In this document: one piece after another, positions 10,505 to 22,905 of the stretch
How positions within the stretch are numbered: the stretch's first letter is position 1
Layout: each line of letters begins with the position of its first letter
Made by a program: the position numbers and the translations under genes
The notes under the pieces: model-generated
The model's database searches: none
Told to the model about the DNA's origin: nothing
Seen by the model: the letters and a program-made list of their open reading frames with translations, nothing else
Assembly (NCBI GenBank): GCA_031835245.2
Contig: JAVKOQ020000073.1
Span: 124,001 to 188,000 of the forward strand
Length of the DNA stretch: 64,000 bases
From: Balamuthia mandrillaris
Taxonomy: Eukaryota
Direction of reading: 5' to 3'

Positions 10505-12319
10505 CTAACTCCTTTCTTTTCTGAACGGTCTAAATTGAGCCTGTTGCATGGAGGTTAAGAAAGCGTTATCCCAAGAAAATAGAGAAACAAAGAGAGGAAG
10601 GAAAAAGTAACGAGCGAAACCTGTGGAACTTGTCGGCAACGAACAAGAGCTAGATCACCGAACGGCAAGATTTCTATCACAAACGGCGTGGACGGGTTTT
10701 TGGGGTTCGCAATGCAGAAGCGGATGGCTTGTAACTTGCTGCCTTCTAAGAAGGTATAACTTTCCGTTTGGAAGAACCCATTCGCCGGAAAGTTGCTATC
10801 AGAAATGCTATCATGATAGAATAATACAAAAGCATACCCTGAAAAGCAAAGTTGAGAGAGTGAGAGACTGGGAGAGGAAAGAGGTGACTAGAACCAACCA
10901 TAACCAAAGAAAATTGTCCTGATGCAAACAGTACGATATACTCCAGCTATGAGAACGGATTGAACCCCGAGCGAACCAGTATAACTGTGACCAAGCAGTG
11001 GAGCACAGGGTTTAGCGTAGAAGTAGGAGGACTTGCCACCACTGTAGGAGAGCCCTCCATTTGCTGTCAAAAAAAAGATCTTTTCCTTGCTGCGGGGTTG
11101 TGGGGTTGAGGCATAATACATCGTGGAAGAAGGTTTTGGTGGCCTGTGTTGTAAAAGTAAGGTTAGGGAGTAATCAACAAATTCTAAGAGAAAAGAATAG
11201 GAGAAGGAGAACAGGAGAAGGAAAACAGGAGGAGAAAGAGAAGGAGAACAGGAGAACAAGAATGCTCACTTTGTAATTTTAACTCCAGTCAATCCCCCAA
11301 CTGATATCGCTTGATAGGTAAAGCGGGAGCCATCGCTATTCGTCACTGTTCCGCCCTCACGAAAGTGAAAAAACTATAGGCGGCCGATGAATTACTATAA
11401 CGGCTATCGATTTTGCAGCATAGGTAAACGCCCTCGTGCTGAAGTATCCCTCCCAACTGTTGGGCCTCAGTAATGCTCTCCTGCTTTGGTTGTTGGTTCG
11501 TGGAGGCTGTTGGCAGTGGGATGGAATAAAAGTCTGCCTCTCGCTGAAGACTCGTCAAGCTGACGCCCGGTGGAACCTCCAACTCTCCTTTTTAACAAAT
11601 GTTGAGAGAAGAGAACGATGAGGAGAAGATAAGAGAACGGAACGGAGAGGCATCGAAGGGAGAAGCATCGAACAGAGCACAGGAGAAGCCAAAAAAGCGG
11701 GTGAGCCACAAACCAGTTCGCAGCATCTCAAGAATGGGAGCAAAGAGACCGCCATTTCGGTCGATGAAATAACCTGTGTCACGGCCGCGCCACAACCATG
11801 AGCGAAGAAGAATCAGAGAAGAGCATCAAGAAAAGAGAGAGCACGAAAGAACAAAAAATAAAACGAGAGGAGAAGAGACACGAAGCAAGAAGCAGAGAAG
11901 CAGGGAGCAGAGAGAGAAGAGAGAACAAGAAGATGAGAAACAAGAGAGAAGCAGAGAGAAGAAGACGAAAAGACCGGAAAAGGGGCAAAGGCTCACCATC
12001 TTGGTCTTGAAAGGAAGGAATTCTCCCGCTCAACAAAGCGGTGAAGAAGTTGGGTCCGTTGCGGGTCAAAGTACTCCCAGTGGTCACATACTTCACTCCC
12101 CCTTTTTTCGTTGTTGTTCAAAAAAAAAGTAAACAAACCCCATCCGTTGATCGAAAGCGAAGAAAAATTGTTTTTACCAATGTTGAGCTTTACAATGCCC
12201 TGGAACAACGTTTCAAAAGGAGCGGAGACGTCCAACAGGTTGCTCCAATGAGTAGCAGAGGAGGAGGAAGAGGAGGAGGAGCAGGAGGCCTCCTCTTGGC
12301 ATTCTTTTTCTTTCTCCAT
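10505..12319 (-). CDS. KCTD-type BTB/POZ (T1) domain protein, multi-exon
   Basis: IVKLNIG|GVKYVTTGSTLTRNGPNFFTALLSG...YFIDRNGGLFAPILEMLRTG...LQREADFYSI. The C-terminal exons and the stop near 10505 are less certain. Confidence 0.85.
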
Positions 12320-12647
12320 CTCTTTGATTGTCCCTTTGTCTTGTCTAATAGGTTGATCATTAACATATTACATTTTTGCGTTTTCATCGACCCAAGTAGG
12401 TTGAAGACAACCATACATATTATCCTCGGATTCGTCATCCGCTAATACCTTAATTTGACAAACCCCAGAGCCCAAGGTAATAGTTGGGCGGGTTTCCTGG
12501 TTACCAAAATTTTAGAGGAAATTTTTCAGGCAACAAACGGAAAAAAGTTTTTGTCTTCGTCAAACTATATAAAATAAATTGCCTGCTAGCGGCAGTATCT
12601 GCATCTTCATCCTTCATTTCATTTTTATCTCTATCTTTATAACTATC

Positions 12648-14246
12648 ATGGGTATCTGGTTGTTCTTGCAACGCGTTGATGATCAAGCCATCGAGAATCT
12701 AAACTGGGACGACTCTGGTCCGTAAACGTTTTTTTGCCGTCTCCTTGTACCGCAATTCGTTTCTGATTGAAATCTCTTCTCGCTCTCTTTCTCTCCCTCG
12801 CTCTCTTCTTTCATCTCTCGTTCTTCTTCTCTCGTTTAGAAGCGGCACAAGCGTTCCTGGACGGGTGCGCACAGGAGGACAAGCATGACATGGACAAGTC
12901 CTTCGAGCCGGTGCACTACCTCCTCGCTGGCTACAGCCTGCTCGAGGCGGAGGAGAAGTACAATCCCAGCAAGCTGCCCTCTCAGGTGATCCGCCTGGAA
13001 AACCGGAAAGGCCGGTCCAACAAGTTTTGGGAGCTCCATTGCGAAGGCATGTGGACCACCGTTCGCTTTGGCACCGTACGTATACCATAGACAAACGAAC
13101 CAACCACAAACAAACAAACAAACAAACAAACAAAAAAGAAAGAAACAGAAGGAACCAAAGCAGAAGAATGGGGTAGAACCACATGACTGGTGCATTCATG
13201 AACAAGAGAGAGAGAACTAAGAAACAAGGCGCTCATCTCTTCTATTTGTTCCTTCCTTTTCAAACAGATCGGAAACTTTAGCGAGAGGCATCTGAACATT
13301 TTGCCACTGAATCGGCTGCCAATGCATCAAATGTTTTCACAGTTGGGCGAGCTGGCCACCAAGTATGGCATTCAGGCTGGCAAGCTTCACAACAACAAGA
13401 AGGAATTGTTGGAGTTCATTTTTAAGACTGTACATTCCAAACGTAACTTTCTTTGCTTTCCCTTTTCTTTGCTAACTTCATTCTTAACCGTCTATTGCCT
13501 CTCCCCTCAAAGTTGTTGGTGGCTATCAAGTGGTCTTCAAGAATCCTCTTCCGCCACTTTCTGCTTTATCACCATCACCGTCTTCTTCTTCTTCTTCTTC
13601 TTCTTCTTCTTCTTCTTCTTCTTCTTCTTCTTCTTCTTCAAGTTCCAACAAACGAAAGCGGGCAACACTGGAGGATGAAGAAGAGAAAGAAGAGGAAGAA
13701 GCTCAAGAAGAACCAACCACTCGTCGACGACCCTCTCGCCGTGCAGCAGCAGCAAAAGCCAATCAAAGACTTGCTGCCAAAACGAAAACTATGAAGCAAA
13801 CTGATGACGTAGAAAACGAAGAGGAAACAGAAGGAAAAGAACAAGAAGAACCGCCTCTTAAAAAGACGAAAACGACCAGCAAAGATAAGGCGAAAGAGGA
13901 GGATTCTGCATCCCCTTCTTCTACTGTAGAAGCCACATCAACAACTCGTTCTCCGATGCCTCATCCGAGCGTAATGAAGCTGAATGACTTGAGACAAGAG
14001 CTGGAGGCCAGAAACCTTCCTGCTGACGGAAAGAGAGAGATTTTGGTAACGCGTCTCTGTTTAGCTCTTTTGGGCATTGAAGTTCCTGGTACACTAAACT
14101 CTCTCTCTCTCTCATTTCTACGCTCTTCTTGCTCTTGCTAACGAATTATTAACGTTTTCAGGAGAGGAACCAAAGGGAGTGCCTCCATTCAATGTACCAT
14201 AATTGTATTTACTTTTTCGTTTATATTGCCAACTGACACACGCACA

Positions 14247-14285
<39 letters not shown>

Positions 14286-14744
14286 GTCTCTAAAGCCGGT
14301 GGATTACCTGGTAATGCGTGGAACAAGTCTGGAGTCTAATGGTTGGCTCTCTAGTTTTCTCACCCTCAGTTTTCTTTTGTGTTTCTTCTAATGCGCGTGT
14401 CTGCGTATTCTTGGTTGAAAACAGCTTTTCCTTACCATGAAGGCCGCCACCTTTCTGCTGAAGAAACCAAAGTAATATCTCTTCTCTGCTTCTTTCTTTT
14501 TTTTAAAAAAAAAATAACACTTTGCCAACAGAGCCTCTTTGAAGCCGTTCAACAGACGAGCGAAGAACAGCTGAGAAAGAACTACAATCCAAAGCGAATG
14601 ACGGAGTTTGGCGTGGGTCCATCCCACTTTTACGATGACATAGAAGGCACCTGGGACTATCTGCTCCTCCACTTCAACTCGTTAAAGACATTCCTCGCAG
14701 CTACTGTCGCTCAACAAAAGGGTCTTCTCTTTTATCTCTCTTAA
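12648..14744 (+). CDS. Split YfbM/DUF1877-family domain with inserted WGR and SAP domains, multi-exon
   Basis: N-half MGIWLFLQRVDD...HDMDKSFEPVHYLLAG. WGR: IRLENRKGRSNKFWELHCEGMWTTVRFGT|IG...KTVHSKLVGGY. SAP: MKLNDLRQELEARNLPADGKREILVTRL. C-half PVDYLVMRG...YHEGRHLSAEETK...YNPKRMTEFGVGP...WDYLLLHFNSLKTFLAATVAQQKGLLFYLS*. All six GT-AG junctions checked keep the frame. Confidence 0.82.
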
Positions 14745-14781
14745 GAGAAAGGCTAAAAGAACATGAAAGGGGTCTGTCTTG

Positions 14782-14824
<43 letters not shown>

Positions 14825-14857
14825 GGAAGTAAAGCGAAGAAAAAACAAAAAGATTTC

Positions 14858-17800
14858 TTACATGGCAGAAACATAGTTACCAGGAAAGAAGCCAACGCGA
14901 CCGTCACAGGTGCCATACCACCATCCGCTGCCGTCATCATCCTTGGCCAAGACGTTGATCACGTCTCCACAGTGTAGGTCAATCTGGTCGGAGCCCTCAT
15001 CCGCCACAAAGTCGTATAACACTTTGACCCATTCGCCCGTTCCTGCCGTTGCCTCCAACTTTTCTTCTTCCTCTTCGGTAGCGTAATAGGATTCTTCGTC
15101 ATCCTCGTCCTCTTCGTCTTCTTCGTCTTCATTTTCATCTTCGTTTTCGTCTGCTTCTTTTTGGCTTTGTTCGGTTTCTTCTTTGGTTCGTCTAAGAATA
15201 ACGGGGCTGGAAGATGCACGATCTCGTGCTACCAACGTGGTTGCTGCGTTCTCTTCAGAAGATGATATTATTTGGGGATTGCTGTTAGGCACAGCAACAG
15301 GAGCAGCCCCAAAGAGACTCGCACGATTCTGTCGAGAGGGTAGTACCGGTGGTCGTTTTCCTCCAACTTGCTGTGTGGCAGGAGGGGTAACGTTCACCGG
15401 AGGAGGAGAGGAGGGCAACCTTTCCCCAGTTCCTCCTCCAATTCCAACCCCACCATAAAAGGACGAAACTCGGTTGTGACTGTTGGGCAATCCGCCGTCT
15501 TGTTGTTGTAATTCCTGCCTGGCACGCAGTTGTTGAGTTCGAAGGAATACGCTCACTTGTGAGAGTTCCTCGGCTTCTTGTTGTTTGGAGAGAGGAGATG
15601 GAGAAGAAGATGGTGATGATGAAGTTGAAGACAGTGGAGAAGAAGAGGGGGAAGAAGCATTAGTAGGATGGAGCCTGGAGACATTGGAGGATGGAGGAGC
15701 AGAGTGAATTCTGTCGGGAGCCACGGGGGGACGAGGCCGTGGGAAGTTGGTGTGCGAGGGGGAGGACGGAGAAGATTGTTGGTGAGAAGGAGGGACCCTA
15801 TTATTGTTGCCACCCCCAAATGCAGGAGGAGAAGGACGAGAACGAATGGTGGAAGCAGATGCTGGAGCCAAAGGAGAAGGAGAAGATACTTGAGAGGGAA
15901 ACATAAACGAGGCAGAGCGAATGGCGGCTTTGCCAGCAGTCGCTTCTGGCGGCAACGAAGCGATAAAAGCAGAATTGTTGGCCAGACTTTGTTGTGCTGG
16001 TGATGACGCCGATAATAGCCCTCGTTGATGTTGTGGTTCTGGTACAGAAGATGAAGAAGGTAAGTTGGGCGAAGACCGAGTAACGCCTCGCCCAGCGGAT
16101 CCTGTGTTCATTGGAGGACGGGCGATTGGTCCTCTTGCTGGAACCACCGGAGGAGCATTAGCGAGAGGGGTTGGCAAAGCAGCTTGACTCGCACTGATGC
16201 TTCTTTGGCGGAGTGGGCTTCCGGGAGTCTCTAATGAAGAAGAGGATTGTTGCTGCCGAATCTGTTTGTGTTGAAGTTCTTCGGTGAGAGAGCTCATGAC
16301 GGCCTTGGGCACGATTCGTTGCTGCATTTCTTGCTGTTGCTTCTTGATGATCTTCATGCTCTCCTTCTCTCTCTCCTTTCTGGCCTTGTTTCTCTCCTTC
16401 TCTAGCTGTTTTTCTGATTTGCTTGCTGACTTTGCCACAAACATGAGATGACTCAAATTGGAACTGTCGTAACCTCCGCTACCACTAGCTTCCTTGGCTT
16501 TTTCCATCTTGTTCTTTTTTTCGCCGATGGCAGCGACGTTTATGCTCAGCCTCTTCTTGAACTTTTTGGCTTTAGCTTTGGTCTTACTGATATTGCTGTT
16601 GTTTTTGTTGCCGACCCCATCCGTCAAGCCTCCAAAAGAAGAGAAAGAAGCAGATAGCGAGGGTGGTTGTGAGGATAACGTTGGATCCATCGTACCGTCG
16701 CCGTCATTGAAGGAAGAGGATCGTGAGTTTCCTCCTTTTTCTTTTCCAGTTCCACTTCCAACAATCGTGTGCCGACGTTGCTCTTTGAAGGACGTATTTG
16801 AAGAACCAGAAGCGGAAGAAGCACCCGAAGAAGCTTTGGAAGCTTTGGAGGCAGCATGTGCATCCGCTACTGCCTTGTTTGACGGAAAGCCTTTCAGTGT
16901 GCCGGGGTGGTTGTGAGTCAATCCTAAGTTGGCTATGCTCTCGTTGATGACCTCCACCCACTTCGTCTTGTCCGCCTCCTTTCTGGCTGTGATGACCGCT
17001 CGAAGCTGCTCTATGGTGTGCATGACAAGAAAGGCGTTCTTGACTTTGCTTCCTCCCTCCAACGCTCCATCTTTTACGTTCCAAAGAACACAGCAGGCCA
17101 ATGGAATGGCGAAGAGATAGCTATATTTTTGTGAGCTGTGTCCAGTTTTGTTTTTGCTGGCGCGACCATGGACGGCGCGAGTGAAGATGATAACATCATT
17201 GAAGAGGAAGAGGTGTTGTTTGCTCGCTTGTCGTTGTTGCGAGAGACACGAAATGTGGCCTCCATCAGGAACGTTCTAGGCTCTTCCGACAACTTCAAAG
17301 GAGCAAAACTTGCCGAAGAGTCCCAAACAAAAGACTCTTCTATCTCAGCAATCTTTCTGGAGTTATCATTCTGCCTCTTCTTTTCGTTGGCATTGGTGAC
17401 TATGCGGTTGATCTCCTCTCTTGCTTGATGAAGAGCTTGAGCATCCATATGATCAGGATGGGTGTAGTTGATGACCTCTCGGATGAGGAGAGGATATTTG
17501 GTGATCCGTTGAAAGGGTTTGATGAGAAAACTAGCAATGTCCAACTGTCGACAGTCCTCGTGCTTTTGCACCTGCTCGCAAAAAACTGCAAACGGAGTCT
17601 TTTCCTTGTTGGTGTTACCTTTGCGGCCTCCTGCAATGCCGCCTATAATGACCCCTCCTATGAGAGCTGCTCCTCTCTCTCGCTCTCCGCTGCCGCTGCC
17701 TGCACCACCCCCGCTTCCTCCGCCGCCTCCACCTCCTCCGCTGCCCCCTTTAAAGAATGAATCCATGCCAAGCGCTTCGTTCAAGGTTTCGGTGGATTGT

Positions 17801-18929
17801 TGTTGATGAATGCACACTTTTTCGTACTTGGCGAGGTCGGAGAGGTGTTCCAGAAACACTTTGCCAAAGCATTGGTCTTGGGTTTGGTAGCAGCGTTGAA
17901 AGTCCTGATAGAGATTGGTGCTGACCTCCAGAATCTCTTCGATGTTACCAAAGATCTTGTCAATTTGTTCTTGGGTCAAGAGAGGGGGTGGTCGAACAGG
18001 AGAGGGCGGTCTCTCTGGTGCTGGAGGAGGCGGTACCATCCACACGGACGAGGTCGGAGAGGAGAAGGAATTGGGATTGAGACCATTGGAAACTAGTAGG
18101 TTGGCATTGGCTGCACTGCTTGCAGATTTTTTTTCTGAAAGAGAGAAACCAAGTTAGAGAAAGCAAAAGCCACAAGACGAGAGAACGAAGAAAAGAAAGA
18201 AGAGAAAAGGAAGAGTAAAGAACCAAGCATACCTGCAGATGCAGCAGCATCCTTGGCAATATCGGCAAGATAAGTCGCCAATGACTCCTTCACTGGATTC
18301 AAGAATAAACGAACTAACACCGTCAAATCCCGAATGAGGTCCTGCTCTGTGTTGACCAGCTCATTAATGGCCCTTCCTCTTAGGTAAGCCTGCTTTTCCT
18401 CCTTGGTCATTCCTTCCATATCTAAGACAGCCGCTCTGCTTTGCAGAGCATCGTAAATGCCCTGGTTCCTTCCTGTGCAAACCTTCTTGGCGACCTCCAA
18501 TGGAGACTCACACTTGCCATAGGCTTGTCTAGGATCTGCTCCATGCTCCAAGAGTTTCATAGCTAAACCTCTTCTCTGGCATAGAACGGCATAATGTAAG
18601 GGAGTTTCTCCCAAGACATTGGCGCACTGCACAGCAGCTCCTTTCTCGATGAGGAGTTGGAGGAGGGCCTCGTCTCCATTGATGACAGCGTTATGAAGGG
18701 CAGTTTCTCCTTGTTTGTTAGTTACATTGATGTCGCAGTTGGAGGAAAGCAAGAGGTTGAGTCCACGGGTAATATCCTCCCTACGTTGGTGAGATGTCAT
18801 TGGATGGCGAGAGAGGTAATGGATAGGCTTGGTTCCATCTGCGTTTTCCATCATTGTGTCTGCGCCGTGGTTTACTGATTATATAACAGGACATGTTCGG
18901 TTGAGAAAGAGAACGCAACACTTCAAGGG

Positions 18930-18968
<39 letters not shown>

Positions 18969-21812
18969 AAATGAAGCAGAGCGGCAAAGGTTCGTACCCA
19001 ACAATTCCACAATTCGAGAATTGGCACTTGCTTTGCAAACGCAATGCAAAGGTGTCCAGCCATTAAAGTCCACGGAATTAGGATCCGCTTTTAGGACGGT
19101 AATAAGGTACTCGATGAGATCTACTTTAGGGTCATGCAACTCTCCGCAAAGGATATGAAGAGGAGTTTGGCCCGATTCTTTATCCTTCTCGTTGATATCT
19201 CTTCCATCCAACTTCTTTTTCAGCTCTGAAAGCGGTTCTGCCATCACCAACGTATGAATGGGTACCTTGGGGGCTGCAGCCATCGCCTTGTTACTCGTTG
19301 TCGAAGTTGTTGTAGATGTTGTTGACTCTGAGTCTGGTGTGTTGCTGTTTGGCACAGAAAAAGAAGTTGGTGCGAAGGAGCCATTGGTAGCAGAAGAAGA
19401 AGGAGAAGCAGAAGGAAGGCTGGCGTTGAGAGCAGTAGAGAGAGTAGCGTGAGCGGACTCTGCATAGGATGACGAGTTCGGAGAAGGATTGCTCCTCCTC
19501 TTCGTAGAAAAGATTCGATTCATGGAAGGACACTTGCGCAGGGCATCTCCTTCCGTCGTGACCAGCGAGGTCGGGTTCTTTCCTTCCAACAGCTTCAATA
19601 TGACGGGTGCTTTGGGGCTCTTCAGTTTCTTGGCCAAGTCCAGAGGGGTCTCCCCGTTCTTGTCCGCACAACTTGTGGCCATGGCAGGAGCAGAAGTGAG
19701 CAACGCCTTGAGCATTTTCTTCTTCTCACCGAGAACGGCCAAGTGTGCGGCACTCTGGCCGGTATTGGGGTTGACGGCCCTTGGGTCAGCACCTTTGCTG
19801 AGAAGCAGGGAGACAACCTTGGCATTGCCATGGCTCACGGCGTTCATCAAGGGAGTGTCCCCTTCCCCATCAGGCGAGTTTAGCTGAGCTCCGTAGATGA
19901 GCAGCACGTCCAAAGCGCGCTCATAGTACTCCATCTCTGCCTCTGCCACCGAGTGACGAACAAAGAGATGCAGGGGTCTCTCGCCTTTGTGATTGGGGAG
20001 GGTAACGTCCGCACCATTTTGCAGGAGGAGCGCTATCAGCCCTGCATCAGCGCTTTTTCTGCAAACCCTGTGCAACGGGGTAGAGCCATCCTTGTCCATG
20101 GCGTTCTTGTCGGTCTCCAGACTGGCAATGAAGTACTCCAAGACTTCAGCTCGGAGCAAGGGCTCCGAACAGAGCACGTGTAGAGGGGTTTCGCCTTTGT
20201 CGTTGCACCGGTTGACTATCTCATCGATGTCACCCTCTCGAATGGCCATGGCGTCGAGTGTCTCATAGATGACCATAAGGTCGTCCTCTTCTTCCAACAG
20301 TTTGAACACGGAGTTGTTCTTGGTTGGGAGCTCTTTCCCTTCCCCTGTTGTCTCTGCTTCGCTCCCTTCTTCTTGCCCAGCGGTGTGGAGCTGGTCGCCA
20401 GCACTACTATCGCTTCCTTCAAGTTGTGGGGGTGCCCCACAGTCGCTTTGGGCAGCGCTGCTAGAGGGTATGCGTCGGGGAGAGGCAAGCCCTCCTTTCG
20501 CCAGGCCTTCCTTGCCCCCCATCCCTAAAATACACTGGGAGTCAGCCTCTCCCAACCGCTTCAACTTCCTGGCTGCCTTTTCCTTCTTCACGGCGCTTTC
20601 TTCTTCATCCTCCTCCCCCTCTATGGCTGCAACGGGAGGCTCGCCCCCTCCTCCCTCCACTTCTTGCTCCGTCTCTTCGACCAACGCTCCTGCTTCGCTT
20701 TCCAACGACAGCCGTTGAGCTTCCTCTCCTTCCGGCAACGTCCGTTGTGGCACATTCTCCTGGCTGTGTTCGGGGTCAGGTGCTGGTTCTCTTCCTGCGT
20801 CGGCGCCTATTAGAAGAGGTGAAGAAATCTCCGAGGGTGCTTGCTTGCCCTTCTCCTCTTCCTCTGGCTGTCGTTGAGGTTGTTGGGCTGGTGCTTGTGT
20901 TGGAGGAGCGGGAGGAAGAGGAGGAGGGAGCTGAGAAGGTTTGTTGTGGTAGGGCGAGGTCTCCAGCCGGTTGGCTGGAAGAGGCAGCGGTGGCGGAACC
21001 GAGACCGTTCGCAAGGAATTGGAACGAGCAGGGAGAGTGTCGTAGGACCAAGAGGATGAGGTTGTGCCTCCTCCTGGTGCGGTGAGAGTGGTCGTCACGG
21101 AGCTTCCCGGAAGGCTTCCTCTTCGTTGTGGCAACTTATCTGTGGTTTGATGAGGGGAGGAAGCGGAAGTAACAGAAGCGGGTAAGGGAGAAGGGGTGGT
21201 GATTATGACTGGAGAGGCGGAGATGGCACTTGTTTGTGCACCCGCCTCGAAGGTCTCATAGGAGGGGTCCTCTTCCTCTGCCCCGCTGGAGTAGTTTTCG
21301 CTCCAGGCATGATCCTCTGCTTCCAAGCTTCTGTCGCCGGACTCTCCTCCGCTCTCTCCTCCCCCTCTCGATGAGGAAGACGTGGAGGAGGGCGGAGTGG
21401 TTGGAAGTGGGGGAGGAGGAGGCACCGCTGGAGGACCCAAGTATGACAGGGGAATGCTCCCTTTTCTCCCGCCCATAGGTGACACCGGCAGAGCGCCTCT
21501 CCTCTGGCCATCCATGAGATCGTCCTGCTGAGGGGAGGGACCTCCCGCTGCGCCTCCCTGGCGTTGGTCCTTGAGGTTCTGGCTCATGCGGGTCATGAGC
21601 TTGAGGTCAGCATTGGCCGCCGCCTCCAACATCTGTTGCTGCTTCTCGTGACCGCCCACGTGTTTGAACCCAGAGGGCCCGCCGATTTCAATGCTGGCCT
21701 GCTTCTTGTTTCCCTTCTTCTTGCTGGCGCTCGAGTCTCCCTCTGCTCCTCCACCGGCGGCAGCCTGTTTGTTGCCGCCGACCCGAGCTTTCAATGCTTT
21801 CATCTTCTTCAT
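14858..21812 (-). CDS. CRIB + ankyrin repeats + RhoGEF (DH) + PH + SH3 protein; frame break at about 17215-17250
   Basis: CRIB-like EIGGPSGFKHVGGH. Ankyrin motifs GETPLH/GSTPLH/GDTPLM/GWTPLH. DH: AINELVNTEQD...IDKIFGNIEEI...DIASFLIKPFQRITKYPLLIRE. PH: RTFLME...HLFLFNDVIIFT...KWVEVI. SH3: VLYDF...DLHCGDVINVLAKDDDGSGWWYG...GFFPGNYV. Confidence 0.9.
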
Positions 21813-22562
21813 TTTTTTTCCAGCCTGTCTTCTTGTGGAAGCCCCCGCTTTGCGAAAGAAGGGGCTTTTTACCAACTATAAACACCACAAGCAGACGGTC
21901 TCGTCTTTTGAAACTTTGCACAATGAATATGAGAGGCAAGAGGGTCCCTGAAGAGAAACTAGAAAATCGAAAGATGAGTATCGTTGGTAAAACAAAAAAA
22001 AAACAAAGTATCACGAACTAAGAATAAACGTTTGAAGAAACGAAAACAACAAAACTGAAAAACAAGTGTTTTCCCTTACAGGTTTTTAGGCTTACTTCCC
22101 CTTCCCAACCAAAAAAATAAGCCTGAAAAAAGGGATGAGCAAAACTCTGCCCCCTTCCTCCACCTTCTTCCTCCCTTATTTTTTTGAAAACAGAAAAACA
22201 GGTATCTTCCTGCTTCCTCCTTCGTCTTCAAACAACAGGGAGAAAAGGACAAATCTTGGTGCTCCAAAGGACACGCACGGATCATATTTGGTTAAATTTT
22301 TGATCAACTGTTTTGATGAAGACATGATCTTGCATTTTTTATCCCCTTTCGTTTAACTTTTTTATTTTTATTCGTATTCACTTGATCAAGGGGTTTTCAT
22401 GTTTAAGAAAAGCGATAAAGGGAAACAATTGTCCTGACCATTCGTAAATCAAAGATTTCATTGGATCAAGACCGACCTTTGAGCTCAGATGGTGCAACAA
22501 TTGTGCAATAAGGATGACGTGGCAGTTCATTCATTAACAAAGAAAGAAAAAGAATCGAAAAG

Positions 22563-22866
22563 ATGAGCGGCTCCTCCGATTTCCTGGCCTTGCTGGCGAG
22601 GCTCGCCTGGAAGAGAGAGGGCAGGAGCCACAAAGCACGCTTCGAGGATGACTACGTCTACAAGTTTCAGCCATCCACTCTGGAAGCCATGAAGGGGACG
22701 CCTCCAAAGGTGGTTTTTTTTTTGTGGCATACTTTCTGTTTAACACTGACAATGGAGGTGCAGTTGATAATTCATCAGTCGCCTGCTTCGCTCGGAACAA
22801 CTGTTTGGGACTCGGTTCGTGTTTGATTGTTTTTCAGCGTTTGTTTTTGTGTCTTGTTAATCGCTT

Positions 22867-22905
<39 letters not shown>

